Origin: Trichosphaerium sp. ATCC 40318
Taxonomy: Eukaryota > Protista > Tubulinea
DNA: 64,000 nucleotides
Assembly (NCBI GenBank): GCA_038496445.1
Contig: JALMLS010000452.1
Coordinates: 1 to 64,000, forward strand
Direction of reading: 5' to 3'
The position numbers were made by a program, and so were the translations under genes. Below the pieces are notes generated by a model that saw only the letters and a program-made list of their open reading frames with translations, was not told where the DNA came from and searched no databases. Numbering within the stretch: the stretch's first letter is position 1; the number at the start of each line of letters is the position of its first letter. This document shows, one piece after another, positions 1-13,143 of this stretch.

Positions 1-529
1 AAAACAAGGCGTTCTGCATTACTACAAACTACAAAGAAAATATAGGTATTGGCATCCAAAAGGGTTTTCTTGGTTTTCACAACTGTATTTTGAAAAACCG
101 GTTCGCACTTGTTTCGCTCTATCTCTGTACGCTTTTCTGATGATTTCTGAGCGCCATCTCGTCAAATCACTTGCTAGCTTCACAATTAACACTATACTAC
201 TGAAGTCTTAGCTACCTTCACTATGTAGTTACACAAAGACGCGCAGAGGTTCGAAAAGAAAAAAATTAGGCGCAGCGACAGCAAGCCTTTACGACGCTAA
301 CAAACCTCAAGCCTTTCGCTGTGATTATCTTTCGCAGTGTTACATAGCGCTAGCGACACTCAAAACCATACTTTTGTCATTTCAATGTGAAGCGTTTCTA
401 TCAACGCTCCCATAAGGTAACAAATTACATCACTGAGGATGATGACTGCTACCCAGTGTTAACGATAGTAACTTCTTTGGTCTGAGTCTTGCAACTATTT
501 CTTTAATATTAATAGAGAGTTTAGCAATT

Positions 530-3500
530 ACTTCAGTACTATCTAAGGGAAACGCTTCGACGCAACGTCAAAGTGCAATGATGTATTTTACCATGCCACG
601 TGGTTGGAAACTGTTCAGCCAATGGAGCACTTACCTCAATAGATCTCCTTCGTCCAATCGTAGGTGTTCGTCTTGTTTTCTTGGCTTGGCATTTAGGACA
701 TTCCTTGATCCAATTTTTAGTGTCAGCGTAATACCCTTGCCAAAATATCTAATTCTGAGTTTGTAAAACGTCTCATCAAAGCCTAAGTGTCCACTAAGTT
801 TATCATAGTAGCACATGCGTAAAAATAAGTGTTGTAGATTCTTGGGAACTACCACTTGTTTGTACGTAATTTATGCGTTGATTGTGTCCACACATGTGAT
901 AAAAGAACACCATTTTAGACATCTAAAATATGAACGATTGGTAGTCTTCATAGTGCATCAGCGTTACTATGACACGTTCTGGTCGATATTGTCTTCAAAA
1001 TCCAGTTCTTGAAGTTTCATTATCCGTCTAGCCAATCGGTACAGTCGGGTTTTTAATGTTCAGTAAACAGTTAAGATTGTGGTGGTCTGTGATAACGGTA
1101 AAGGACCCATTAGTGACATCTAAACTTTTTGAACCTGTCTGCAATGGCTAAACATTCACGTTCTGTGACAGAGTAATTCTTTTCTGCTGGTTGGAATACT
1201 CCACTGCGGTACGCAATGACCTTTTCATCACCATCTATTGATCTGTGTGAGTACACCTATGCCAACGTCTGATGCATCTGTGAAAAGACTAAACCTGTGT
1301 GGTCAGGTGCAAGTATTGGGAAACCAATGCTGTTTTAAGTGAGTCAAATGCACCATCATGAGGGTTGGACCAGTTCAATTACTTGTCTTTCTTAAGCATA
1401 CTGGTGAGAGGTGCTGCCATAGTATCTTAGCGTGCCCTTTATAAATCGTTGTAAAGGCAGTCTTCTCTTTATCTTCATCTACCATAGGGATTTGCCAATA
1501 ACCGGATGTGTAGTCAACTGAGATAAAGAACTTAGCATTTCCAATACAATCCAAGGGGTAATCTAACCGTGGAATGGGATAGTTATCCCTTTTTGTTATT
1601 TTGCTCAATCTATGAAAATCTACATACAAAATCTTGTAGAACCATCTTTCTTTGGTACTAACACAACAGGTGCAGCGCATTCGGATTGGAAATGTGAAAT
1701 GACGTTATCGTTCGACATGTCGTTGATATGCTTTCTATTCTCATTAGAAATAGCTCTTTCTGTACAGCTGACAGGAGCGTTTGTACCTGTCAATACGATG
1801 GCGAATTTTAGTACTGACAATGTTGGAAGTGTCAGGTTTATACTAAACAAATGTTGATTTGATTAAATGAGCTTCAAAAACTGCTCTCTTTGATCAATAC
1901 TAATAGTGGACCAAAGTCCTATAGAAAAACGAGATGAGAAAAGTTGTTTATTTATTTTTGGGTTCTGTTATGTGCTTAAGCCTGAACAGATAGTGTCTTT
2001 AGCCGGTCGAGGGCAAGTACTTAAGGCAGGTTTGGTTTATGAAACCATTGTGTATCTGAAACTTGCCCACAACAGTATAAGCATTGTAAGCATGGTATCT
2101 TCTTGTGCTTTGTCCTCACAGTCAGAATTGTCTTCAAATAAATCGAGGGCGGTATTACCGTTGCTCATTTTCATCGTCATCAGGCCAATGAAGTAAATCG
2201 TGCCAGGCAAACACAGTTGCAGAAAGAGTGTCGCTACGAAGGTAAAGTATGTAACCCTGGTTGATAAGAACAGATGCTGTATCAACTTGAATACAGTACG
2301 AGTTGTTGGCATTGAAGTTAGGCATAATAGTAGCCCAACAAGGCTTAGACATGTTGCTGGCCAAGGAGCAGTAATGACAGTTTGTAGTGTCAGTGAGTCA
2401 TTGTTAGGAGTGACACAGTTCTCGAACTACTGAAGCATGGTGCTGAGAGATCTATTGACATGGTGCAGTAGAATGTGTATTTTTGTTTGAATAAAAAGTA
2501 TTTTTTTTATTGGAACTGACTCAGATTATCGATAGTTTTTGCTATTAATAATTTTTTTTCATAACGCTGAAGGCATTTTTCCGGCCGTTTTGCCGTCTCT
2601 ATTCTGAGAGCCGGCTTGGTATTGTATATACTTTCGGCTATTTGCCGGCAGTAAATAAAGAACGTAGGTAACAAAAACTGTAGTCTTTTATTGCCTCATC
2701 GTGTTGCTGGAAGTCACTATCTGAACTGTGATCGCTGCCAAAGTACTGATCTATGTCCTCAAGTTCTGTTTTGTCTATCGTTGGGATTGAGAGTACCACC
2801 TCGAGCAGCATGGGAAATCACTTTGTGATTCATAATTTGGGTAGTAAGTTGATGTGCTGTTGGGTCTGCTCTATCCCAGTGCTCTGTTGGTTTCTTTAGT
2901 CTCAAGGGCGACCCGTTATATATATTTGCAATGAATGAATCCCTTCTGTGCCTTCATTGTATTTTGCTGGGTGCCGTCCTGTTCTTTTCTTCGGGCCTGC
3001 TGTAGTTTTTTTCTTCTTCAATCTCTTGTCTTTACCGTACCAGCAAGTTTATTGTACACTATTCAAGGTGTTATTAACAGCACCAAGTGCATACATGCGT
3101 TGTTGTATTTCTAGTTCAGATTGTGGCAGTCCTTTTGGGTTTGCAAGTGGCTTCTTATAAAAGTTAAGTCGGCCTGATACGCAGCAATCCTTTGTCGATT
3201 AGCTACAAAATTCTTGGTCAAAAAAAAAACTACTTACGCGTTTTTACAGGGTTACGCTGAGTCTTCTCAATCTATGAATATGCACAAAAGAGATTGTACT
3301 GTGATTACCTGAACTCAACATCAATAAGTTTGTCAGTGATACGCCCTGCCATTATGTCAAGTTCTGTATCTTAAAAAAAATCATCAATAAATTTATAAAT
3401 TTTTCAAATAGTTGGTTATGCAATGCTTGACAGGCATGTACACTACCAATTAAATAAGTTGTATTTGTAAAAAACCTATACGGGCTTCAGTACTGCCAGC

Positions 3501-4760
3501 TGGAAATCAGGCAAGCTCCTTTTGGTTTATGGTAGTAGCATAAATTTATAAATTTATGCTTTGGTAACTTGTTACATTTCACGGCTTAGCATGTTATTTT
3601 CCCTTGAGATATACCTTGCAAAGTCCCACAGATTCAGCGGGCATATTCAAGGTTAATAGAAATACATTAGCTGTTACGCAAAAGCATTCTGAGCAAGCAG
3701 TTTTCATACGTATAATTCGTATTGCAATTGGAAGTTGTAGCTAGTGGCGAAGTCGTTATAGGCACAGGTAATGACCAGTATTTTGCAAATTTTTTACTTT
3801 TGAGGTTTCCTAGTACTTTTGTTGTGACAAATTCAACATTGAAAAAGTGATAAATTTATAAATTTACATGCCTATCTACATTGCTGGATTCAAAAATATA
3901 CGATATGATCCAAGTTACAAGAGCCATAGCCTGAATCTTGCCCACTGACCATTGTACTTGAGCCAACACTGTTTCAAAAGTTGGAGTTACCTTTTTACAG
4001 GCTTGTAAGTTGTACTAGCGACAAATTTGGCTAGTATTTTTAGAGCTAGTTTAGTGTTGTAAAGGTATTCTGCTACTCGGGTTGGTTGAACAACAAAAGA
4101 CAGACATAGAAAGCTATTCAAAGGGATGTATAACGTTGTAGTGGTCATAACTAGCAAACAGGATCAAAACACTAGAACTATTTCATTAAGTGCAAGGGCT
4201 TCAGGCTCCAAAGAATGACAGGGAGAACATGCTGTTCTCATGAATTGGGGGCAAGTTGGTATAGTTACCGCATTCATTTACCTATTGTCGGTACTACAAG
4301 GCCGGCTGAATGACCGACCTCTATGGTGACCCTTGATGCCGGCTGGTTCACCGGCATCAACTAGCTTCCCATCTTTGTGGTTCGTGGTCAAGTGGAACAA
4401 AAAATTTATCGATACAAAAGTTTATCGATAATCTGAGTCAATTCCATTGTAACAAGAAAATCGAGAAGAGTTGCTGTGGCGTTGATCACTACGCTTAAAG
4501 TTTCGATTTTTGGTAAAACGGCGTTGATTAAAGTTGTTGCGCCGAAAATTATTGCCAAAGTTGCAGTTTTGATTGTCATACCGTTGATAGCTTCTATTAG
4601 GCGCTATCAACGGTTTGTTGGCAAGGAGCCGCCAATATTTTCCATCCAGAACATTGTGAGAGTTGATGTTACGTCACTATGACAACGAGAATGACACTTT
4701 GAACAACCGATTTTTACTGTTTCTGTATCTTGCGGTGAGGCTTCAACCGATCAAATCGTA
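530..4760 (-). mobile_element. Degenerate Ty3/gypsy LTR retrotransposon internal region (gag-like, RT, RNase H, integrase zinc finger), interrupted by a TIR element
   Basis: Minus-strand fragments: AAPVVLVPKKDGSTRFC, VDFHRLSKITKRDNYPIPRLD and FFISVDYTSGYWQIPM...EKTAFTT (RT, 1375-1850); FTDASDVG and EKNYSVTERECLAI (RNase H, ~1140-1290); LVVPKNLQHLFL...SGHLGFDETFYKLRIRYF (integrase HHCC region, 631-855); N/R-rich gag-like segment 4450-4610. The RT-RNaseH-INT order is gypsy-type. Many stops and frameshifts. PBS-like TGGCGTCG on the minus strand at 5451-5458. Confidence 0.85.
2512..4445. mobile_element. ~1.9 kb TIR DNA transposon relic nested in the gypsy element
   Basis: 23-bp terminal inverted repeats GGAAyTGACTCAGATTATCGATA (2512-2534 and 4423-4445, 1 mismatch). 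ATT on both flanks (2509-2511, 4446-4448) may be a 3-bp TSD. CCGGC-containing motifs cluster near both ends. Weak hAT-dimerisation-like peptide IAIRIIRMKTACSECF on the minus strand at ~3680-3730. Confidence 0.65.
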
Positions 4761-5499
4761 TAATAATGCTATCAGTACGGTAAATTGAAAAAATCTGATT
4801 TCAACCTGTGAGAGTACTGCTCATACGTATTTCTACGCTTACAGAAACGTTTGATAGCACTTTAAACAAAAACTATGCTGTTTTACAGTATTTAACTGTT
4901 ACAACGCAACTGAGGTGTTTTGTGTTCCTCACATGCGCTAGGAGAGTACATTCATGTTATTTTTATCCCATTTCAGCCTAAATGATCAAGCAGTGTTCGA
5001 AATACTACGAGCGTCAAAATAAAGCACAAAAACGAAGGACAGACACATATTGAGACTTAAACTGAAAACCAGCGATAGCACACAACGATTAACCCAAAAG
5101 TTTACTTTTCCGCTTGCGTTAAACATTGCAAGAGCGATGTATATACTGTATGCGTTTTTACCCCGTTCTAATGCGAGGGCTGTAATACTTTGACTTGCGC
5201 ATAGTGAAAAGTGATACGAACGCAAAATGCAGAGTTTTGGTGAACATAGCTTGTGTAAGGGCGAATACGCTTTGTTGAACAACTCTATTTATCGCTCAAT
5301 GCAACCTCAAAACAAAATAGCTCACAAGGGTTTGAGCGACAGCCTTAAAGAAGGATCACGCCGGTGTTTTTGTCTAGATACTATGCTACCGAAAAAACAT
5401 GAGAAAAGAAGTTGCACAAGAAATTAAACTAAGTTACCTTTTTGTTGTATCGACGCCAGGTAGAGTATTGAGAGAGTACAGGTGATGGAAAAAGACTAA

Positions 5500-5668
5500 A
5501 AACCACAACGGAGCTGCACGAGGTAACAGTAAACCCTTATCACCTACGAATGGGATACCTCTACAATAAAGGCTAAACAGAGTTCAGCCAATACTCCATG
5601 TTGTTGCAGCGTAGTTCTTTCCTCCACAAGAAGCAAAGTCATGACTTTTCTTTAACGGTAGTTTTTTG
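5500..5668. repeat. ~169-bp dispersed repeat, copy 1 (partner at 63091-63259)
   Basis: Identical to copy 2 for ~144 bp, then one small difference, then identical to the T6 run. Contains the local hairpin GGCTAAAC/GTTCAGCC and the pair GAGGTA/TACCTC. Confidence 0.95.
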
Positions 5669-6229
5669 GCAAAGTACTTTTTTTTAATTGTACTTTTGTC
5701 CACGTTTGATTTTCTGTACTCTGTTAGTGCCCACCTCTAGCCAACGTGCACACTACGTGTTCACTTTCACTTTTAGTAGTTGTAAACATGTCCGGTTTCA
5801 AGAATGACTGTATGCTTTATACACTACTACGCGCATAGAGTACTACTATGACAATTAGAGCGGCAGCAGTGGAGTTTTAAGTAAAAGGGAAAAAACAACT
5901 TTTTCTGTGCTGCTCAATGCCACACAAAGTTTTTCAGCGCGAATAGCTTTCGCAAAACATGTTTATGATGATCTAGTTCTATTTGGGTTACAGTTAACCT
6001 CATAGTACTCTTGGTACTGGCGAACGGAAGATCTACGTCTATACAGCCAAGTAAATTAACACCCATTGTAATTATGGTATTACACTCTATTGTGACCGGC
6101 ACGCAAATAGAATCTGTCAAAGATATCGAATATGTTCGTCGGTCAATAAACAACGTAGGCTTGATGGGCAAAATAAGATCGAACGCAACAAGAAATCTAC
6201 CTAAAAACCAATTGTTCAGGACATACCCA

Positions 6230-8150
6230 AACCAATCAGAATTAGTAGTTCAATATCAATGCCATAAGTTTCGTGGCATACGTAAATGCTTGGCGATCTT
6301 CTTAGATGAGCACAAACCGCATATCTTTTTCTTTACTGAACCTGGATTACGTGAACAACCGAGGAGAAAGTTAAAGTCAAACATTATAGAATGATACCAG
6401 ACTATGAATTCTATGCATTCGGCTATTCAGGTGCTGAACCAACAAGCACTCATCTGAAAATAAAAAAAATTGTAAATGCGTGTTGTTCATCATGACATTG
6501 CTTTTTGTACTTCATCGAACTGCAAACGGTTTTCTCTTCCTAGTGATACAGCATGGCCAAACGCCACTCAAATAGCGTCGTTTATATCGCACCTTGATGG
6601 CAAAGTTATACAAAAGAAGTGATGCGGCTTAGAGACATCTGCTACATGGAACCATTCCTACAACTTTTCTTGTAGTTTCCTACAACTAAAAGAGACTACC
6701 CTTAATTTCACTTCTAAGCATGTTATTCACGTGTCAGTACAGAGTACTGGTCAACGCCAAGATATATGGTGCGCAGTACTCACAAAAATACTTTACAATC
6801 TCTTCTCCTAATGGTGATTTAGGAACACTGTTGACGAATGCCATTATGCTCAACATGAAGTTTCTTACCCGAAGAACATAAGACAAAGAAAACATGTTTT
6901 TGACAGTTGGTCCAGGTAGTAGAACATCTTATTTCTTGACTTTATCAGAACTCACGAGGCTCTTATCACCGTGTATTGTATTGGTTATTCTATCTCATGC
7001 TCAGGGGCTCTTCAACCACGTACTGAAATACAATTATTCGAACTTACAACTCTTGCAGTGCGTATTGGAAGGAAATAACAATACAAGTGACGTCGGCGTA
7101 CCAAGTGTGTACTTGGTATCTACTGCTCTAGACTTTAAAAAACTAGGTTAATTTACCGGAATTCTTGGCGGTTTCAACACCAACATAGATATTAGGATCC
7201 GTACTGTACTTGCTCCTGCAATGCGTAACGCGTTGATGGCATTAACTTGCTATGTGAGTTGGATCGAATGCCACAAAATTAATGAATGGGTTCACTGTAT
7301 TGAAGCCAGGCGTTGATCAATGGGTTTACTGGAATGAACCTCAACATAACTTCGAATCAACATAATCATGGCAAGAGAGCTACTATGGATCTATTGTTAT
7401 CTACAATGAGTGAAGAGTATGTATGATCCGAAATATGTTCTTGCTTGTTTTCATTGTGTTGGTTGGGAGAAAGTGACAAAATGTAGATAAAGCCACTTGT
7501 CAAAATGATTGCTCTTGTTCCAACCAATTATCTACAAGTGTATGTGCTCACAAAGACATGTGACTATCTTAAAACAAATCTTATGAAATGTCCCTCTTAA
7601 GGAAGTGTTCAGAAAATAACTACTGCAATATTTACGCAATGATCAAAAGATAAAATTGACAAAGAGACAGCAAGACAGATATGTCACAGTGTGCCCTATT
7701 TCAGAACAAGGAACCGTAGCAAACAACCAGCATTTATGAATGAGACATGAATCTTTAAAGACAAGCAATTTAACAAACAATTCCAAACAGTGATACTAAA
7801 ATACCTTACATTAAAACCAGAGGATTCCAGAGGAGAGACTGTGCACTATGCAATAACATGGAGAAATCACGGGTTTTTTACAACAGAACTAGATGCTAGC
7901 TCACATATGACATACAATACGTAACGAATGGCTTGCAGTATAGCAAGGATATACAAAACTACTTTTGATCAAGTATCTAATACCGCAAGACTGCCAAAAA
8001 TAGAGGATTCGGGAGACATAATCAATTCCAATAAATTAAAAAGTTGAGCCAAGACCGTAGTAAACTGTTGCTCAAAGATGACACAGTCACAAATGAACAG
8101 TGCAACAACAAAGCAATACAAGTATCTAATGAAACAAAAAAATAGACATG
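6230..8150 (+). mobile_element. Degenerate non-LTR retrotransposon (LINE, possibly RTE-like) relic
   Basis: APE-endonuclease N-terminal-like peptide QCHKFRGIRKCLAIFLDEHKPHIFFFTEPGL (ORF 6011-6394). RTE-like C-terminal LSQDRSKL near 8044-8067. No intact RT is recognisable. Confidence 0.45.
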
Positions 8151-8224
8151 CAAGTTAGTATCTTTTGACAATTCGGACAGTGAACTGAACCAAACAAATT
8201 TTATTTACAAGCATATTAGCTAGT

Positions 8225-11064
8225 TCAAGCAACTACAATATCGAAAGTATTGTAATTTTCACCTCTGGCTTCAGGAAAACAATCGCCACAACAAGTATTC
8301 TTCGTCTTACAGTAACAATTAATAGATGTCTTACTACCCGAAGTAATACTTCCTTTGTATGTGGCAATAAAAGAAGTGCAATCACTGTCCTTCGATGCTA
8401 AGAGAGCACATTCTGATGAGAATAATTCATACTTTTCTTTCCTTCCATTCATGGCAATAGGCTTAAAACACATCTTTGCAGCAGCTTCATTTGTAGCATT
8501 GCAGCTGTGACTGTCATTGTTTGAATAAAAACGTACACCATCACATGTCGTTCCATTTTCTCGAGGTACAAGTGTTGGAGGTTGATGGCTTGTAAATGTA
8601 CTGAGAGGCTCATTATCACAATGACGACAATCATCAGATAATGGCCAAGTAGGCACACGTGACAGAATCTTATTTAGATTCGCAGTATCGCAATCTATAC
8701 ACTTATCTCCGTGTCTCCAATCAACAATATGCTGTGAAGGTGGTACGAATCCTGAGTTGTAAAGTGTGAGTACTTGATGTAACTAGCATTTTGTTGTACC
8801 TGGGAATGAACGTCCGCTTCCTTTCATGTAACAAGTAGCAAGATACGCTGGATCTTTAGGGAATACTATTTCCGTCTCTCCAAACGTATCAGAAGGTTCA
8901 CGAGCGTCAACGCTGAAACAGACGTAAACGTCACTTGCGGACTCTGTTAATGCTGTAAAGTTGAAGTGCTCATAGCACGAGTTATCTACTATACCAACTT
9001 GCTCAGAATAACGCGATGCAATGGAAAGAGGCATCACTGCAAGTCCACTACAAGTGGTAGAGCTTGGCTGGCAATTGCGAGCGCAATAAGAAATGTCATC
9101 ATAAATACGAGAACACTGACTTGCTGTACTTTCAGGGAAGTAACAATGATCAGCACGACTAACAAAACAGTTAGGGGTGGAGACTAACAATATGAAAAAG
9201 AAAAAGTTGAAAAACAGGTCTCGGTTAGCGCACGTGAATGTAGCTATTTCTTCCTTAACACCATACACTTCAGCAACTTGACTAGATACATAATCAATAT
9301 CAATACAATCTCTGTAACCGGCCCAAATCCAGTGAATAATATAACTACCATATCCAGCACGACCCGGAATCTTAAGTTTAACCATATCAGCATCATGTGG
9401 TCTATGAGCTGTATGTTCTGATTTAAATATAGCTTCAATCCAAGGCATATCAGCGTTTTCATACTCCGCATAGTTGCTCTCATGTGTTCCGTTCCTATAT
9501 ACTAATAATCGAGCGTCATGTTCCCACGTCCCGAAAGCGTCAGGCCGAGGCATAAAGTTACTGTCAGTGGACTGTATCTCATTAATGTACATTGCTTCCA
9601 ACTCTGCGTTGTTAGAAAAGTTGCGAGCAGTGAACTAGTGCAATGAGGAATAAAGCTAGTAGCAGCGAGGTTGTATTGCGCTTGTTGGACGATGATGAAA
9701 CACCAAACACTGCTAAGCAGATCCACACAAGAGAAGCGATAGATTTTGTAGCCGGAGACTCTTGAAGTGGGTTTTCGAACGCCTTTGTAGGTGCATTTGT
9801 TGGATTTAGGGTATCGTCTAGTACTACAGGAGCATTCGTAGTTGATAAACAGTTGCAGAAGCGAATACTAGTAGAGTTAGAAAGAAGAACAACTATTACA
9901 AGACAATATAACCAAAATAGCACAGTTATTAGTACGTACGCTGTAGCTGATGTTGCGTCACAATCTATACGTGTATCTGAGCGTCCATTAGCTCCACATC
10001 GCGTATCATCATAGTAGCAGAATCCATCATCAGTTTGTAGAGGACCAGTGTTGGCACAACTACTGAGATACGGCAGTTTACAAAGAAATTGACCAAGTTC
10101 TTCGTCTATACGATTCACACTATTAACACGTTCCATTGATACGACATCACAAAGTAGCCCTTCTTCAACGCATCTTCCAGTACACGATTGGCCTTTCTAC
10201 ACAAAAGAAATGAGCCATGACTTAAAATCAAAAAGATGCTGAGTTATTCAAATTTTGTTGTTCGTACCGCTGCTGTATACCAACCTCCATTATTAAGGAC
10301 GGCAGTCGATTCATCGAGATAGAAATCACCATCTTTATTTGGCCACCAAAAGTCTCCTTTGTTGGCATCACCGCTCTTAATCAGACAACGGAATGTTACT
10401 CTTCCTGTGCCGGCTGGTGGTGCAACAAATTTAAAAGTCGACTCTAAAGGCTTCACTACAGCGTTCTTATGCATTACAGTGCGTTTACATTGATGACTCT
10501 CATCCCAAGGAAGATAGTAATGAGCTATAAAAAAGATTGTAAGCAAATTAAACGAGACAAACGAAAACGATGCAAAAACTACAAAAAAACACAACAATTT
10601 CAAAAAATGAAAAAAAATTCGTAAAACGTGCCTGGAAAATCTTTAGGTAATTTCCATTCTCCTACGTGTTCTCCGTTTTCATTTTCTGCGTATAACATCA
10701 TTCCACGGTACTTTACCGCGTAATCAATAACAAGTACGGTTAAATCCAATACGCTTCCAGGTATGTAGCTTGTGTCTGGCGACTCTTCGCTGCCTGAGAA
10801 TAACTTGTATTTGTCTGTTCTTGTTGTTTTAGTTGCCCAAGGCATTACTGGCTTTGGGTCCATTTCGCATGCAAACCTATTAGCTACTTGTACTTCAACG
10901 CCGTTTTGTGTTACTGTTTTTAGCGCCCATTTATCTGGTTCACAACCCCAATTTGCTGTCGCGTTGCATGACGTTACGATAGCTGTACTTGAGCCTGAAG
11001 CGGCATGCGATATATTAACAAGGACCCCAATGGCTAAAAGCACACACAGTTTAACGTTGTACAT
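8225..11064 (-). CDS. Secreted multidomain Cys-rich protein with N-terminal Reeler-like domain (spliced)
   Basis: Signal peptide MYNVKLCVLLAIGVLVNISHA. Reeler-like YIPGSVLDLTV..YRGMMLYAENENGEHVGEW..VMHKNAVVK..FKFVAPPAGTGRVTFRCLI. Further Cys-rich modules, the motif KIPGRAGYGSYIIHWIWAGYRDCIDI and a PAN/apple-like C-terminus. ORF pieces join across GT-AG introns. Confidence 0.75.
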
Positions 11065-11990
11065 CTATTAATGCGTAAGAAAGAGTTTAAAGAGGGTTTG
11101 ATGGTAAAACAAGCAAAAACTGGCTTCACATATAAGTGTAAGTGTATGCGTACTCTACTATACGGAAATGTATAAGGGTTTATGATGACTTGCTGTATTT
11201 AGGTTTTTTGTTTTAAAATGTGAATAATCAGAACTTTGATGCGAGTTTTCGTGAAATTCAAAGACAGAAAATGGAAAAAGGAGGAGAATGACGCTTCAGA
11301 AACAACAAGCGATTGGTAGCACTGAAATGAGAACCTATAGCAAAAACTGCGAAGAACTATGTAAGTGTAGAAGCTAAACGTCGTAAATGAATGGTTTCTG
11401 AATGCTATAATGCATATACTAACAGAACCTAAAAATAAAACGCCGTTTCGTTGTGTAAACATTTTAATCCGATTTTTTTTTTTTGAGCTCGTTAACGAAC
11501 ACCACTGAATCAGTGGTGTACAAGGGCTAATGTAAATAATAGGTGCCAAAAATAGATATGCCATAGCCCGAAAACAGTATTTTATTCTATGGCGTGCAAC
11601 ACTTGTTTTTGTATTGTTTCAAATCAGTGTGTTTGCAGACCATCACTCCTTTTACCATTGTAGGTTCTCAAAATAGTTAAAAAAAGACATGGTTTTCATT
11701 AGCTAGTTATGTTACAACACTTAAGAATGTTTGTATGTCTAGTCAAAGCTGACAACTAAAACGGAATTGACCCAGGATATTGATAAAAAAGAAAGTTGAC
11801 ATCCCCATTTTCGTCATTACTCATTGCCTAAACTTTCCACTTATATTTGACAATAGAGCTATTACAAAGCCTCCACCATAGAATGTACTATGCTTAAATT
11901 ATATGACATTTAAATAGTTACACTTTTAACGATCAGTACGAGAACTATGGTACAAAATAGTCAAATAACAAGAGCAATAGCCTGGGTTAT

Positions 11991-12900
11991 TTGAAAACCT
12001 GCCGTGCGCACGTTCCAGTACAATATTCTACTTGCAACCTGTTGCATCAGCGCCTATGTCAACAGAGTATACAAGCGATAACGGCAATCTTAGATATTCC
12101 ATCAGAGATAATAGCTCATTTACTAAAGTTTGTTCATGGTTTTGACCGATTCAGTGTTTCTCAGAGTTGTAAGCTACTATCAACCGTCGTACATCAAGTT
12201 ATTGGCTATGTAACTATCTGTAGTAGATGATCATATTGTTGTATTTGTCTTTGGCAGCCCGCTGTTAAAAAACACCAAAACACTTTTCAGACACCAACTA
12301 CATAACCTCGCTCTTGTCAATGGTGTGAAGCATCTTGGACTTAGAGGAAACACTCAAATAACCGACCACGGATTGATGAGCATACTTGCTTTTCGTCAAT
12401 GGATTTTTGGGATTGTCCACGTGTCACAAACAATATATTCAATCTGTTTGTGGGATGCAACATTTAACTTTAGGATAGTATACTGAAATAATCCTTGAAG
12501 CCTTAGTAGCTATTGGTGGACATCTAAACTATTATCAGTTTCGGTCGAGATAGAAGTGCATGGCTAAGCATGCCCGTATTGAGAGGATTCGCCACCCAAG
12601 TTTGAAATTGAATACTTGTAAATCAGGAACATTCAGAACATTATAAATAGTACTATTTATAACCAATTTGATCGATTCATGACAAGTTGCATCGTGGCTA
12701 ATATCGCCAAAACCATTGCAAGGAATTTCGCGGAAAGAGTAATTACAAGGAAAAGAAAATGGTGAAAGTAGTTCACTAAAACTGAAAACTCTAAAAAAAA
12801 AGCAATGGAATGAGCCAGAAAATGACAAAGAGTATCAGCACGGTCCTCGAAACATGGTAAATAAATCCCCATACGCCTGCGTTTGCGAAACTGACTATTT
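11991..12900 (+). pseudogene. F-box/LRR protein, apparently degenerate
   Basis: F-box-like ILDIPSEIIAHLLKFVHGFDRFSVSQSCKLL, followed by LRR-like LGLRGNTQITDHGLMSI (~12335-12385). I could not build a clean continuous model downstream. Confidence 0.5.
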
Positions 12901-13143
12901 TAAAGACATTTAAAACAAGATCTGCTTATTGCACAGCGCATGGATTAAACAAAAATGTCGTGACCTTGTTTTCTTAAAGGGTATCGTTGTAGGAAGCCGT
13001 GTGCTAGTGCCTCGGATTTCGTTTGCAGATATCTACTAGTTTCGTTTATGATGCTGATGTAATTTTTAGGTACACAGCACACCTTGATTCAGCGCTAATA
13101 TGGGTTCTTAACGGCATGTCTTCTCTTTTTTTTTTTTCTTCAA

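Noticed and set aside
5529-5540. TAAACCCTTA as a telomerase RNA template
   Set aside because: A short match only, in a multicopy element within transposon debris, with the telomere repeat unknown.
5500-5668. Repeat as an snRNA, RNase P, SRP RNA or canonical HDV/hammerhead ribozyme
   Set aside because: Only isolated words (ACAGAG, CGAATGGGA) match. The required partner motifs (U6 AGC context, RNase P CR-I, hammerhead CUGANGA/GAAA core, HDV J4/2) are missing.
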